A stretch of DNA of 64,000 bases from Polyangia bacterium (GTDB lineage: Bacteria; Myxococcota_A; Polyangia; JAAYKL01). The stretch's first letter is position 1. Each line of letters opens with the position of its first letter. Location: the NCBI GenBank assembly GCA_050287845.1, contig JBNKCR010000013.1, positions 41,008 to 105,007 on the forward strand, given 5' to 3'. The notes below the pieces were generated by a model. It saw only the letters and a program-made list of their open reading frames with translations. It did not search any database and was not told where the DNA came from. Positions 40,937 through 51,363 of this stretch are shown piece after piece. Made by a program: the position numbers and the translations under genes.

Positions 40937-42042
40937 CCCGGGGATTCAGCTTTCATATCGACCGTACCGACGGCCGGGCGCGAACCGGCATCATTGTCAC
41001 CCCTCATGGGAGCATTCCCACCCCGGCCTTTATGCCGGTAGGGACCCGGGCGTCCGTCAAGGCCCTCTCCCCGGCAGAGATTTCTGGCAGCGGTGCGTCT
41101 ATCCTGCTTGGCAATACCTACCATCTGATGCTGCGCCCCGGCGAGGGACTGATTGCCAGGGCAGGGGGATTGGCCCGGTTCATGGCCTGGCACAAACCAA
41201 CCCTCACTGATTCCGGTGGATTTCAGGTATTCAGCCTGAGCGACAGAGTGAAAATCTCCGACAACGGAGTGGTCTTCGCATCGCATGTTGATGGCAGCCG
41301 CATCGAACTATCCCCGGAACGCGCCGTCCAGGTTCAGGGAAAACTGGGATCCGACATCGCCATGATTCTCGACGAATGTCCCCCCGGCGATGCACCGCGA
41401 GAAGTAATTGAAAACGCCATGCGCCGCACAACGCTCTGGGCGCAACGTCAAATCAACGTGCCACGTCCGGAAGGACAGGCGCTGTTCGGCATTGTTCAGG
41501 GCAGCATCCACGAAGATCTCCGAAAGCGTCATCTTGAGGAAATTGCCGCCCTTCCCTTCGATGGCATTGCGCTGGGCGGATTATCCGTCGGCGAACCCAT
41601 CGCAGATATGTACCGCATTTTCAGGGAAATCGCACCATTGATGCCAGTGGACCGTCCACGGTACGTGATGGGCGTCGGTACACCGGCGGATTTGCTGGAG
41701 GCCATTGAACACGGTGTGGACATGTTTGACTGCGTCATGCCCACGCGAAACGCCCGGAATGGACAGGTGTTTTTAAAAGGGGGCAAAATCAATATCAAGC
41801 AGGCGCGTTTTCTGAACGATCCGGCCCCCCTCGAACCCGGATGCGGGTGTCCAACCTGTACCACCTACGAACGCCGATACCTGCGTCACCTGTTCATGAC
41901 CAAAGAACTGCTCATCCATCGACTGCTCACCATCCACAACCTGCATCACTACGGCACATTGATGGCGGAGGCCCGCAAAGCGATCACTGGGGGAACGTTC
42001 AACGCATTTAAAAAATCCTGGCTCCAACCAGGGTATATATGA
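40933..42042 (+). CDS. tgt: tRNA-guanine transglycosylase
   Basis: TPAFMPVGT, TDSGGFQVFSL, GGLSVGE, DMFDCVMPTRNARNG, CxCxxC..H. Confidence 0.98.
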   Translation: MTRGFSFHIDRTDGRARTGIIVTPHGSIPTPAFMPVGTRASVKALSPAEISGSGASILLGNTYHLMLRPGEGLIARAGGLARFMAWHKPTLTDSGGFQVFSLSDRVKISDNGVVFASHVDGSRIELSPERAVQVQGKLGSDIAMILDECPPGDAPREVIENAMRRTTLWAQRQINVPRPEGQALFGIVQGSIHEDLRKRHLEEIAALPFDGIALGGLSVGEPIADMYRIFREIAPLMPVDRPRYVMGVGTPADLLEAIEHGVDMFDCVMPTRNARNGQVFLKGGKINIKQARFLNDPAPLEPGCGCPTCTTYERRYLRHLFMTKELLIHRLLTIHNLHHYGTLMAEARKAITGGTFNAFKKSWLQPGYI

Positions 42043-42058
42043 TTCCCCCCAGGGGGGA

Positions 42059-42159
42059 CGAGTTCTGCAGATCCGGGATCGCGGAGCTCCAGCTCCGCAA
42101 ATTGTCTGCATGCTGTTAGGCGGAGCCGGAGCTCCGCGATCCCGGATCTGCAGAACTCG
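42059..42159. repeat. Long inverted repeat: 40-bp arms (1 mismatch), 21-nt spacer
   Basis: CGAGTTCTGCAGATCCGGGATCGCGGAGCTCCAGCTCCGC ... GCGGAGCCGGAGCTCCGCGATCCCGGATCTGCAGAACTCG. Confidence 0.93.
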
Positions 42160-42274
42160 ACTGCCCTGCGACTCCCCCCGGATTCCCTTCACTCCCCTTC
42201 GTTGATCCCCACATTACATGTAAAAACAGCCCCGAATATGTATTCACAGGACTCACATTTCAATACATTAATCA

Positions 42275-42298
42275 AAAAGTCCACCCGGGTGGACTTTT
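42275..42298. terminator. Perfect 24-bp palindrome, possible bidirectional terminator or operator
   Basis: AAAAGTCCACCCGGGTGGACTTTT between convergent tgt and the 42619 gene; T-runs on both strands. Confidence 0.5.
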
Positions 42299-42618
42299 CG
42301 TTTTTCCTCTGTATCTGAACATTTTTCAGTGAATTGCGCGGCAGAAAATCACCGCAAAAGATACCTTAAACTTACCCTTCCCACACCGCCATGTCCACAA
42401 AATATCACCAAATCAAGGTAATCCGGACAATCCCCAGTCACTCCCGGAAAAGGTGTCTGAAGTTTTAAGATGAGCTCTGGTTTCATTGCCGTATGGATCC
42501 TCTGTTTTTATCCGCCCGCGCAAACACCCGAGCCTGCTGCTGATGCCACGGCAACCGTAGACATGAAGAACCAGATAAATGTGAATTGTTTCATTTTCGA
42601 AAGAATAAAAGAAGCGCC

Positions 42619-43194
42619 TCAGAAATGGGTCATGGTGAATACCGCACCGGCGCCATGACGGCCAATGGGGGTGGGGGTAAACATGAAACGGGGTGCCGTT
42701 GCCGCCTGTTTGGCTTTGGGCTCCCGCTTGATGATCATCCCTGCGGTGAATAATCCGGCGCCCACAATCTGCAGCACCCCGGCCATCACCAGAACCCCCT
42801 TGAACGCAGACTCCACTTCAATATCGTCGTTGCTGTTACCAAGGGCAACAAACGGGCCCGCCAAAGGAATCAGGGCATATCCCACCGACTGCCCTTTGGC
42901 ATCGTCTTCGGACAATGCCGCATTGCCGATAATATTAGCCAGATACACCGAGCCGAACAAAGCAAGCCCACTGATCCACAACGGCTTGATGCGCTCTTTT
43001 TTCACCGCCTCACCTTCGGACGCGACAGCATCGCCCGCATCCATTTCAACCGCAGGCGCCTCCGGCCCAACCTGTTCAGCTGGCATTTCATCGCCGCAAT
43101 CCACACCGTCAACACATTGGGCGGTTGCGTTCAGTGTTGAAAGTGATATTGTCGCTAAAATAAATACTGAAAACCAAATACAGTTTTTTTTCAT
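42619..43194 (-). CDS. Exported hypothetical protein with hydrophobic helices and C-terminal beta-hairpin ending in Phe
   Basis: Signal peptide ending NATA; IPLAGPF motif; ends PTPIGRHGAGAVFTMTHF. Confidence 0.65.
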   Translation of the reverse strand: MKKNCIWFSVFILATISLSTLNATAQCVDGVDCGDEMPAEQVGPEAPAVEMDAGDAVASEGEAVKKERIKPLWISGLALFGSVYLANIIGNAALSEDDAKGQSVGYALIPLAGPFVALGNSNDDIEVESAFKGVLVMAGVLQIVGAGLFTAGMIIKREPKAKQAATAPRFMFTPTPIGRHGAGAVFTMTHF

Positions 43195-43218
43195 ATTCTT
43201 ATTTTCCTCACAATAAAA

Positions 43219-44004
43219 TCAGAACTGACAAGTTACGGTAGTATTGGTCAACGCTACACATTCCCCCCTACATGACGCCCGACCCCAATTCCATCCAACA
43301 GACTCATAATAATTGCAATGCAGAATGTCACCTTCTTTGCAAATATCATATTCACCGGTTTCATTGCTGCATGGATCCGCAAATTCACAGGATGCAGTGC
43401 GAAAACCTTCTTCATCCGTTGACTGTTCGCAAACCATGTTCTCTCCCATGAGACAAAACTGGGAAGCATTATGCGCCCAAACACCGTTCTCACACTCCAG
43501 AAAACCATCGTCGTCTACACACATGGATTCCCCTTCCAGACATTCCCCTTCTGCAAAGGCAAACCCCGCATGACCGTCGCTGTGCTCCACGCAATAGGGC
43601 AGCTCATTCCGGTTATCCAGAATCACAACGGCATTATTTCCGCCGTCTTCACCGCACATGGCGATGTACGAACCATCCGGCGCGCACTTCTGAATGCCTG
43701 CTTCGGTATCACTGCAGGTGATGGTTGGGACGGCGCACCCCCGGGTATAGCTTTTGGATCCCTGGTCTTCAAAGTCAAATGACACCCTGGTTTCAGTACA
43801 CTTCGCATCGTACTCACTGCAATTCATCTCGATGACCCACCTTTGATAATCCTGATCACACACCATTACCCGGTTGGCCTCACATTTGGGTCTGTCGTGA
43901 AGCCAATCACAACGATCTTTACACCCCACCATCAAAAGAGCGCTCAACACAGCGCTCCCCAGCAATGTCACCTGAACCAATCGAATTATTTTTTTTTGCA
44001 TCAT
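43219..44004 (-). CDS. Cys-rich lipoprotein (copy B')
   Basis: MMQKKIIRLVQVTLLGSAVLSALLMVGC lipobox; paralog of 44237..45034; ATGA overlap with 44001..44204. Confidence 0.75.
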   Translation of the reverse strand: MMQKKIIRLVQVTLLGSAVLSALLMVGCKDRCDWLHDRPKCEANRVMVCDQDYQRWVIEMNCSEYDAKCTETRVSFDFEDQGSKSYTRGCAVPTITCSDTEAGIQKCAPDGSYIAMCGEDGGNNAVVILDNRNELPYCVEHSDGHAGFAFAEGECLEGESMCVDDDGFLECENGVWAHNASQFCLMGENMVCEQSTDEEGFRTASCEFADPCSNETGEYDICKEGDILHCNYYESVGWNWGRASCRGECVALTNTTVTCQF

Positions 44005-44204
44005 TCCACTATGCATCCTGATTCAAACGAGATGCTCAACTCACAATCCTCATCCTCAGTGCCAGACTGACAACGCACCATAACTCTGGCAGTGTCTACA
44101 CGACCAAATTTCATATTTGTTAAAGTGACTCCTGGCTGCATAACAGAAAAGACTCCAAATAGTATCATTATTACGGGTATGGATATTCGACTGCCATTTA
44201 TCAT
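44001..44204 (-). CDS. Small ORF: signal-like N-terminus fused to a C-terminal tip homologous to the end of 45039..45812 (copy A'; possible internal-deletion remnant)
   Basis: AAGGAG RBS; RVMVRCQSGTEDEDCELSISFESGCIVE aligns with RIMQSCQFGAEDENCELQIHFLSSCMVE. Confidence 0.6.
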   Translation of the reverse strand: MINGSRISIPVIMILFGVFSVMQPGVTLTNMKFGRVDTARVMVRCQSGTEDEDCELSISFESGCIVE

Positions 44205-44236
44205 CGTTTCTCCTTAATCTATTGGTCATTGTCGGT

Positions 44237-45034
44237 TTATTGACATACGATTTGAGTTTCCGAAATCTCAATACATTTTCTTCCACCTGAACAGGTTGCA
44301 GGCATCCAGAACCATCCTGACGACTCATCTTTGACACAATGAAACATGAGAGATTCCGACTTGCACATGTCATATTCACCAGTTTCACTACTACAAGGAT
44401 CCGCAAATTCACAGGACGCAGTGCGAAAACCGTCACCTTCGGCTTCTTGTTCACAAACTAAATTCTGCTCAAGAAAACACGTTCCCAAAGATTGGTCGTC
44501 CGCCCACACTCCATCCTCGCATTCCAGATAGCCTTCTTCATCCACGCAGATAGACTCCCCTTCCAAACACTCTCCCTCCCTCCATGCAAACGCCGCATGA
44601 CCGTCGCTGTGTTCCACGCAAAAGGGTAGTTCGTCCCAGTTGTCCAGTATAACGACGGCATTACCCCCACCGTCTTCGCTGCACATGGCAATGTACGAAT
44701 GATTCGCCGCGCACTTCTGCTTGCCTGCTTCGGTTTCATCACATGTGATGGAAGGCACCGCACACCCCCATGGATAGTGAGTGGTATCGACCACCGCATC
44801 CTTGTGAAACGTCACATCTGTCCGGGTGCATCGGGCGCTATAGTCGCCGCAATCCATCTCTGTAAACCACTTTCGACTATTGAAATCGCAATACATCAGC
44901 TGATTGCCATCGCATTTAAACTGATCATGAACGGGATCACAGCGATCCTTACAGCCCCCCAACCAGAGAGCGCTCAACAGAGCGCTCCCCAGCAATGTCA
45001 CCTGAACAAATCGATTCATTTTACGTGTCATCAT
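44237..45034 (-). CDS. Cys-rich lipoprotein (copy B)
   Basis: MMTRKMNRFVQVTLLGSALLSALWLGGC lipobox; shared blocks with B' such as CVEHSDGHA, EGECLEGES, GFRTASCEFADPCS. Confidence 0.75.
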   Translation of the reverse strand: MMTRKMNRFVQVTLLGSALLSALWLGGCKDRCDPVHDQFKCDGNQLMYCDFNSRKWFTEMDCGDYSARCTRTDVTFHKDAVVDTTHYPWGCAVPSITCDETEAGKQKCAANHSYIAMCSEDGGGNAVVILDNWDELPFCVEHSDGHAAFAWREGECLEGESICVDEEGYLECEDGVWADDQSLGTCFLEQNLVCEQEAEGDGFRTASCEFADPCSSETGEYDMCKSESLMFHCVKDESSGWFWMPATCSGGRKCIEISETQIVCQ

Positions 45035-45038
45035 CACA

Positions 45039-45812
45039 CTATTCCACCATGCAACTTGAAAGGAAATGAATCTGGAGCTCACAGTTTTCATCCTCTGCGC
45101 CAAACTGACAGCTTTGCATAATCCTGACGTCTTCCACGCCATTCTGCACCTGGTTGCGAGTGATCCCTGTGAATGAATTCGGTTGATATACACAAGCCTC
45201 CGGTGTGAGGTTTTCATCCCACTCGCCGCCATTCACATGGTGAATGCTTTCACTAAAGGATGAACTTCCCTGCGCCCGGGTATACACCGCGGTGCGCATA
45301 ATGGTTGCGGGACAATCCCCCTGACTGATGACGTCCTCAAACGTCCTTTGTTGAATATTAAAAATACTTTCCCCGGCACTACCATCATCCAGGGTCTCAC
45401 TCAGATAACGCAACTCCACCCAGAACTGATTGGGGCACACATCACCCGCAATAATATTCTGAGACGCGCGGTACGTCTTTATAACGCAGCGACTGGTATC
45501 CGGTACGTTCGGGTCATCCAACGACAGAATCACATCCATGGGGCAGGGCTCACATGTCTCCGTGGTGCTGTTCCATCCCGTCCCATCAGCGCACCCCACA
45601 CATTCCCCAAGGGTTTTACTGAAAAGCTCATTGTCCGGGCAGGGTACACACTCATCGCCCACTGGCTTTTCATTTGCAGCGCAGGCATCACACGTATTAC
45701 CAACTGTTCTTTCGCCCGGGTCACATGGCCTACAATATGCCTTCCATTTCCAATCAGACCAATCCATTTGTGCAACATGCAACGGTGGGCAAATATTGCA
45801 CTCATGGTCCAT
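45039..45812 (-). pseudogene. 5'-truncated Cys-rich (furin/ephrin-receptor-like CxxC repeats) exported protein (copy A)
   Basis: C.PC..G/NE repeats; no signal peptide or RBS; frame closed shortly upstream. Confidence 0.5.
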
Positions 45813-46409
45813 CGATCAAAATGAAAACAATAATAAACCGCGGGACAAAACAAACCTCGCGACTTATTGAATTTGCAGATGAACTCAATACGATATATGA
45901 CGTGGTATCCGGTTTGAAAACAGCTGTCAATCGGTTTTAAGCTAATTGCGCTGTCCAAAAAAACGCATCACAACAGAGTCTGAGACAGTGCAAGAAAAAA
46001 GATACCCCAGGAACCGTGTTCCTGAGGAAGTCAAACGACCATATGAGGCGCCTCGAAGAGCCGGTTCAGCTGAGCTCAACTGCCTTCGAGACGGCTGGTT
46101 TGGACGTTGCACCAACGCGGACTCTAACAGGGCTTTTAAGAAAATGGTTACAGCGCAGTTAGCTTGCTGCAACCCGGTATTGTGATGGTGCGATGGTTTG
46201 TGGTGCGGATATGAACTGCGCTTCTGTACCGGGTCTCTGCCGGATGGTTCCCCTGCCGGATTGAAAGTCAACGGTTGTGTATCACCAGTTCCCGTCAATC
46301 AGAACCTGATGCTTCATCGGGACCGCTGGCCGAATTCGTCGCCAATTTTCTCTACTTCGTGTAAAGTTGTTTCCATCCATTCAACCAGCAGATTGAGGAG
46401 GCGCCGGAT

Positions 46410-47909
46410 ATGTCAATTCCAGCGATACTGGCAATCGATCAGGGAACCACGAGCAGCAGAGCCATTGCATTTGATCTCAACGGCAACATCATCGCGATGT
46501 CCCAGCAGCCATTTACGCAGATTTATCCACACACCGGATGGGTGGAGCACAATCCGGAAGACATCTGGTCAACGACACTGAAGGTGATCCGCGAAACCGC
46601 CGCGAAGGTGGAAGGAGGCCCTCACCGACTTACTGCAGTAGGAATCACCAATCAGCGGGAAACAACCCTGGTGTGGGACCGGGAGAGTGGAAAGCCCATT
46701 TACAACGCTATCGTGTGGCAGGACAGGCGAACCGCCGCACGATGTCAGACACTGGATGCGGAAGGTCTCTCCCACACCATCACATCGAAGACCGGCCTTC
46801 TCATCGACCCCTATTTTTCCGCGACCAAGGTGGCCTGGATTCTGGACCATGTTCCCGGCGCCCGTCGACGGGCGGCGGATGGACGTCTTGCATTTGGAAC
46901 GGTGGACAGTTTTCTGATCTGGCGCCTGACAGGCGGACGGGTCCATGCAACGGATGCCACCAATGCCAGTAGAACCTGTCTATTCAACATCCACCGGAAC
47001 ACCTGGGATGAAGACCTTCTGCGCATCTTCAACGTTCCGAAGTCGGTGTTACCGGAGGTTCGTGACAGCTCCGGCAGCTATGGGGACACGCTCCCGGAAA
47101 TAATGGGTCGTTCGGTACCCATTTCGGGTGTTGCCGGCGACCAGCAGGCAGCGACCATTGGGCAATGCTGCTTCCGTTCGGGGCAAATCAAGAGTACATA
47201 CGGCACCGGATGCTTTGTCCTGATGAATACCGGTAGCCAGGTGGTTCAATCCAGAAGTCGGCTGCTTTCCACCATCGCGTATTGCCTGGACGGTAAAAAC
47301 ACCTATGCCCTTGAAGGTACAATCTTCATTGCCGGCGCCGCGGTTCAATGGCTGCGGGACAACCTGGGGATCATTGCCAGTGCCAGAGACACTGAAGCAC
47401 TGGCGGCAAACCTGGAAAATAATCGCGGCGTCTATATGGTACCTGCCTTCACCGGTCTGGGGGCGCCTCACTGGCAGCCGGATGCCAGGGGGGCGATATT
47501 GGGACTGGGCCGGGATACGGGACCTGAAGAATTGGTGCGGGCGGCACTGGAATCAGTGGCATATCAAACATGGGATCTGCTGGCGGCCATGGCGGATGAT
47601 GGCGTCCACCCCACTGCACTTAAAGTGGATGGCGGGATGTCTGCCAACAACTGGTTGATGCAATTTCTGGCAGATATCACCACCCTGACAATCGAGCGCC
47701 CTGAGGTCATGGAAACCACGGCCCTCGGCGTGGCATACCTCGCCGGGCTGCATACAGGACTTTTCGAATCGCTGGAATCCATCTCAGCCCACTGGCGCTG
47801 CCATCATCAATTCCATCCTGCCATGGAAGACCACAACCGAAGAGCCCTTCTCTCCGGCTGGCATGACGCCGTGAATCGAACCATTGGTCAACATTTACAG
47901 AAAAAATGA
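46410..47909 (+). CDS. glpK: Glycerol kinase
   Basis: [54 protein letters not shown]. Confidence 0.97.
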   Translation: MSIPAILAIDQGTTSSRAIAFDLNGNIIAMSQQPFTQIYPHTGWVEHNPEDIWSTTLKVIRETAAKVEGGPHRLTAVGITNQRETTLVWDRESGKPIYNAIVWQDRRTAARCQTLDAEGLSHTITSKTGLLIDPYFSATKVAWILDHVPGARRRAADGRLAFGTVDSFLIWRLTGGRVHATDATNASRTCLFNIHRNTWDEDLLRIFNVPKSVLPEVRDSSGSYGDTLPEIMGRSVPISGVAGDQQAATIGQCCFRSGQIKSTYGTGCFVLMNTGSQVVQSRSRLLSTIAYCLDGKNTYALEGTIFIAGAAVQWLRDNLGIIASARDTEALAANLENNRGVYMVPAFTGLGAPHWQPDARGAILGLGRDTGPEELVRAALESVAYQTWDLLAAMADDGVHPTALKVDGGMSANNWLMQFLADITTLTIERPEVMETTALGVAYLAGLHTGLFESLESISAHWRCHHQFHPAMEDHNRRALLSGWHDAVNRTIGQHLQKK

Positions 47910-48018
47910 AAGGCAATTGAGCGACTGCGGAAAAACCGATGTATTACAGTGCCTTTTAAGCTCTTTTTTTGCAATTTAACCCACCGCCGGCCGAGTGGTC
48001 CTGTAAGAGGAGGCCCAT

Positions 48019-48423
48019 TTGAACCAGCAATCGCAAATACTGATACCACTTTTCTGCATATTAATTCTGACATCCATTGCCACAGTGAGCCAATACCTGA
48101 CTCGCCAACAGAATCAATTCATGTCACAACCGGACTTCACCGACACATACTGCAAAGGCCAGCCCGTGAGGACGTGGCGCCCGGCAAAACGCCAGCTCTG
48201 CAACATCGGGATTTTCCTCAACAGCGACCGCGCTGACGCACTGGTATACTTGCCGAACATCGGTCCAAAGCGGGCACGCGCCATTGAACAGTACAGACGA
48301 ACCCACGGACCGTTTAAATCTCTGGACGAACTGAACAATATATCAGGCATTGGCCCCGGAACCATTCAACAGATACAACCCTGGATAGAAGATGTATCCG
48401 CGAACGGAATGCATCCACAATAG
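48019..48423 (+). CDS. ComEA-like helix-hairpin-helix DNA-binding protein
   Basis: LPNIGPKRARAI..YR..HGPFKSLDEL..ISGIGP; N-terminal hydrophobic segment. Confidence 0.85.
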   Translation: MNQQSQILIPLFCILILTSIATVSQYLTRQQNQFMSQPDFTDTYCKGQPVRTWRPAKRQLCNIGIFLNSDRADALVYLPNIGPKRARAIEQYRRTHGPFKSLDELNNISGIGPGTIQQIQPWIEDVSANGMHPQ

Positions 48424-48521
48424 ACATCTCCGCCAGACTCAGCAAAAGGATAAATTGCACGGAAGTGCACAACAGACCACAGTCCCATGACTGCGAAAGC
48501 GAGGAAAATCGAATCTTCGTT

Positions 48522-48920
48522 TTAACGCTTGGAGAACTGGAAGGAGCGACGGGCGCCGCGCTTACCATATTTCTTACGCTCCACTTCACGAGCGTCACGG
48601 GTCAGGAATCCCGCTTTCTTCAGCGGTGCACGGTGATCCGGAACCGCTTTTTCCAACGCGCGGGAGATACCGAACCGACATGCTTCTGCCTGTGCGGAAG
48701 TTCCCCCTCCGGTCACGTTGATCAGAAAATCGTATTTTTCATTCGATTCTACCAGTTCAAGAGGCTGACGCATAATCATTCTCAAAATGGAGCGAGGGAA
48801 ATATACTGATTCGTCCTTACGATTAACAATAACTTTTCCAGTGCCAGGGGTCATCCAAACACGGGCAATTGCTCTTTTTCTTCTACCGGTTGCATACCAA
48901 CGATCTAAATTCTCAGACAT
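48522..48920 (-). CDS. rpsI: 30S ribosomal protein S9
   Basis: TGRRK.AIARV, GGG.SAQA, LTRDAREVERKK...QFSKR. Confidence 0.98.
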   Translation of the reverse strand: MSENLDRWYATGRRKRAIARVWMTPGTGKVIVNRKDESVYFPRSILRMIMRQPLELVESNEKYDFLINVTGGGTSAQAEACRFGISRALEKAVPDHRAPLKKAGFLTRDAREVERKKYGKRGARRSFQFSKR

Positions 48921-48933
48921 TTGTCCAACCTCT

Positions 48934-49368
48934 CTACAGTTCTAACGTTTCCGCTTTCTGAGCCACATACCCGTGTTCCGGACAGGCACCAGCGTGAACT
49001 TTCAGTTTACTGAACATCTGACCGCCAAGTCTGGACTTTGGCAGCATTCCCTTTACTGCAAACTGAATCAGCTTTGTCGGATCCTTCTGCAACAATTCTC
49101 CTGCACTGGTTTCCACCAAGCTGCCCATCCACTTGGAATGGCGATAATATTTTTTGTTTTTAAGTTTCGTGCCGGTCAATTTGATTTTGTCCGCATTGAT
49201 TGCGATTACATAATCACCGGTATCCACATGCGGGGTGTACGCAGGTTTGTTTTTTCCCATCAGCATCGTTGCAATGGCAGAGGCGGCTCTACCGAGGGTT
49301 TTCCCCTGCAGATCAACGATGAACCAACGAGCTTCAATATCACCAGGTTTTGCATTGTATGTACGCAT
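48934..49368 (-). CDS. rplM: 50S ribosomal protein L13
   Basis: LGR.AS.IA..L.GK.KP.YTPHVDTGD, AVKGMLPK. Confidence 0.98.
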   Translation of the reverse strand: MRTYNAKPGDIEARWFIVDLQGKTLGRAASAIATMLMGKNKPAYTPHVDTGDYVIAINADKIKLTGTKLKNKKYYRHSKWMGSLVETSAGELLQKDPTKLIQFAVKGMLPKSRLGGQMFSKLKVHAGACPEHGYVAQKAETLEL

Positions 49369-49543
49369 TATTTGCTCCCAAAATTATCTCAAAACAAGTG
49401 TTATCGGGGACTTATTTCAATTACCCCTCCAACAGAGCGCTATTTCTTATGCTGAAGTCCAGCGACTGTCAAGCATGGAATACAAAAAAAGCATGTCCTC
49501 TTCAGCGTAAACCATAAAAACAGAACCTGACACTGAACGATGT

Positions 49544-49828
49544 TTATAGAATTTTGAAATCCTTCGGCTTTTCGAGAAGCTGTGCGGCCAGTTCCCGATA
49601 CTGGTTCTCGACCAAATCACTGAGTGTATTTCCCCGGCTCATGGTTTCCCGTAAAAACTCCTCTGTCCGTTTGTACTCCGACCAGGCGACATCGAACTCT
49701 TCGAAAGTCATCTTATGTACGATATAGCCATCGTTCCGCACGGGTTCACCAAATGTCACATCACTGAACTTCTCTTCAAATATTTTAAGATACCGATGAA
49801 AGATATCCTTATTATCCTGAATCATCAC
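49544..49828 (-). CDS. Hypothetical protein
   Basis: 94-aa ORF with GAGG RBS, co-oriented with flanking genes. Confidence 0.6.
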   Translation of the reverse strand: MMIQDNKDIFHRYLKIFEEKFSDVTFGEPVRNDGYIVHKMTFEEFDVAWSEYKRTEEFLRETMSRGNTLSDLVENQYRELAAQLLEKPKDFKIL

Positions 49829-49883
49829 GTCACCTCTTCATTTTATTCGCGATGTTCCTAACACATAAAAAAAAATAAACAAG

Positions 49884-50486
49884 TCACACTGACAAAGCAC
49901 TTAAAATCCAGACAATTGCACCTGCCATACTGGAGACGACAAAAACCAGACGCGCTCTTTTCTCCTGACTCCAAATCGCCAACAACGCCCCGATTATCCA
50001 GATCAGCAGACCGAACCACAGTAGAATCACGCCCGCAGTTGACGGATCCTCCAGACCGTCTTTTTCAATACTTCCCGCATTCTTTGTGGTGCGCAGGAAG
50101 TCAAGTCTGGCATGTGCCTCGGCCAGATACGACTTGAAAGGCTGTGAAACATGCCGCTGTGATACAACACTGCGGCGAATCACTTCCCACACATACACTG
50201 CCTGACGCGTATCTCCGCGCATCTCCGCACTTCTGGCAAGAATGGACAACTCCCGGAGCGCCCGTCGCGGATACGGATTTCCCGGAAAATACGTTTTGGC
50301 GGCATTTTCATACGTCTGCACAATCATTCGCCATGATTCGCCATCCGCCTGTGCCTGTTTCGCATTTTCGTAATGCCGCTTCCCATCCAAAAAAAGTCGG
50401 CCGGAAAGTACCGCCACTCCCAGTCCCACAAAAAGTGCGGCGGACACCAGAAATCGCAACAGAGGAGCGCTTTTAAAATTGAACAC
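49884..50486 (-). CDS. Hypothetical membrane protein (TM, helical periplasmic domain, 2 TM)
   Basis: Hydrophobicity pattern; probable GTG start overlapping the permease stop. Confidence 0.6.
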   Translation of the reverse strand: MFNFKSAPLLRFLVSAALFVGLGVAVLSGRLFLDGKRHYENAKQAQADGESWRMIVQTYENAAKTYFPGNPYPRRALRELSILARSAEMRGDTRQAVYVWEVIRRSVVSQRHVSQPFKSYLAEAHARLDFLRTTKNAGSIEKDGLEDPSTAGVILLWFGLLIWIIGALLAIWSQEKRARLVFVVSSMAGAIVWILSALSV

Positions 50487-51274
50487 TACAGAAAATCCCT
50501 GCGATTCAGAATGATGATCGATGCGGTCAGAAACGCAGCACATACCGCCACCCCGTATGCCATGGTCGATAAAAGATAACCATTGGAGATGAACTGAGCG
50601 TGAACCGTCGCAAATGCGCCTTCCACTATTTTTCCACTGGGATAGAACAGATACAGGTTGGGCAATACCGTTGAAACGCCCTTGAATAATGGGGCAAACG
50701 CTTCAAGCTTCTCCTGTTTGGCCAGCTCTGCTATCAGATTGGCATTTCTTCCGGCCACAAACAGGCCCAGGCAGAATATACCGCTGAGGAATGGACTGCT
50801 GAAGGAGGTGAAAAACAACGCCATCGCTATCATGATGAGAACTTCGACGTATATCAGGGCCACCGCCGTAACCAGTCCGAAAGTGATGTGGCCGCCCTGA
50901 AATCGAACGAGGGGGAAAAACACCATCAACATCAGACATATCTGCACCAGAAGCACTGCGGCGATTCCAAAAAACTTTCCCAGAAGATATGCCGGACGAC
51001 TGACAGGCTTGGAAAGAACCGGGTAAATGGTTCGTTTCTGAATTTCTTTATTCAGCAGGTTAATACCGATAAAAATCGCAATGAGCACCGAAAACAGAGA
51101 GATTCCGAACAGCCCTACATCTATTGTGGTGCGCAGTTGCTGCCCGAGAGACAACTGCCCCAACACAAGGCTGAACAGAATGATACACACTGCAAAAAAA
51201 AGAAAACCATAAAGAATTTTGTCCCGTATGGCTTCCCGAAATGTATTGTGCGCAATTGCCAGAATTTTCTTCAT
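50486..51274 (-). CDS. ABC transporter permease subunit (ABC2/PilI-like)
   Basis: IAHNTFREAIRDKILY, KEIQKRTIY..LSKPVSR..YLLGKF.G; start moved to ATG 51274. Confidence 0.85.
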   Translation of the reverse strand: MKKILAIAHNTFREAIRDKILYGFLFFAVCIILFSLVLGQLSLGQQLRTTIDVGLFGISLFSVLIAIFIGINLLNKEIQKRTIYPVLSKPVSRPAYLLGKFFGIAAVLLVQICLMLMVFFPLVRFQGGHITFGLVTAVALIYVEVLIMIAMALFFTSFSSPFLSGIFCLGLFVAGRNANLIAELAKQEKLEAFAPLFKGVSTVLPNLYLFYPSGKIVEGAFATVHAQFISNGYLLSTMAYGVAVCAAFLTASIIILNRRDFL

Positions 51275-51363
51275 CACTTGTTCCTGTAAAAATATTTCAG
51301 GCAATTCTACTGGAAAAATGCCTGCCGCCAAATCTTTATCCGGATTTTGTTTTTCTGGCAAAT

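Noticed and set aside
45035..45232. N-terminal extension of the 44237..45232 ORF
   Set aside because: Overlaps gene A; the paralog B' and the signal peptide place the start at 45034
45940..46400. Possible IS element or small ORFs
   Set aside because: No transposase motifs, terminal inverted repeats or RBS-supported ORF seen
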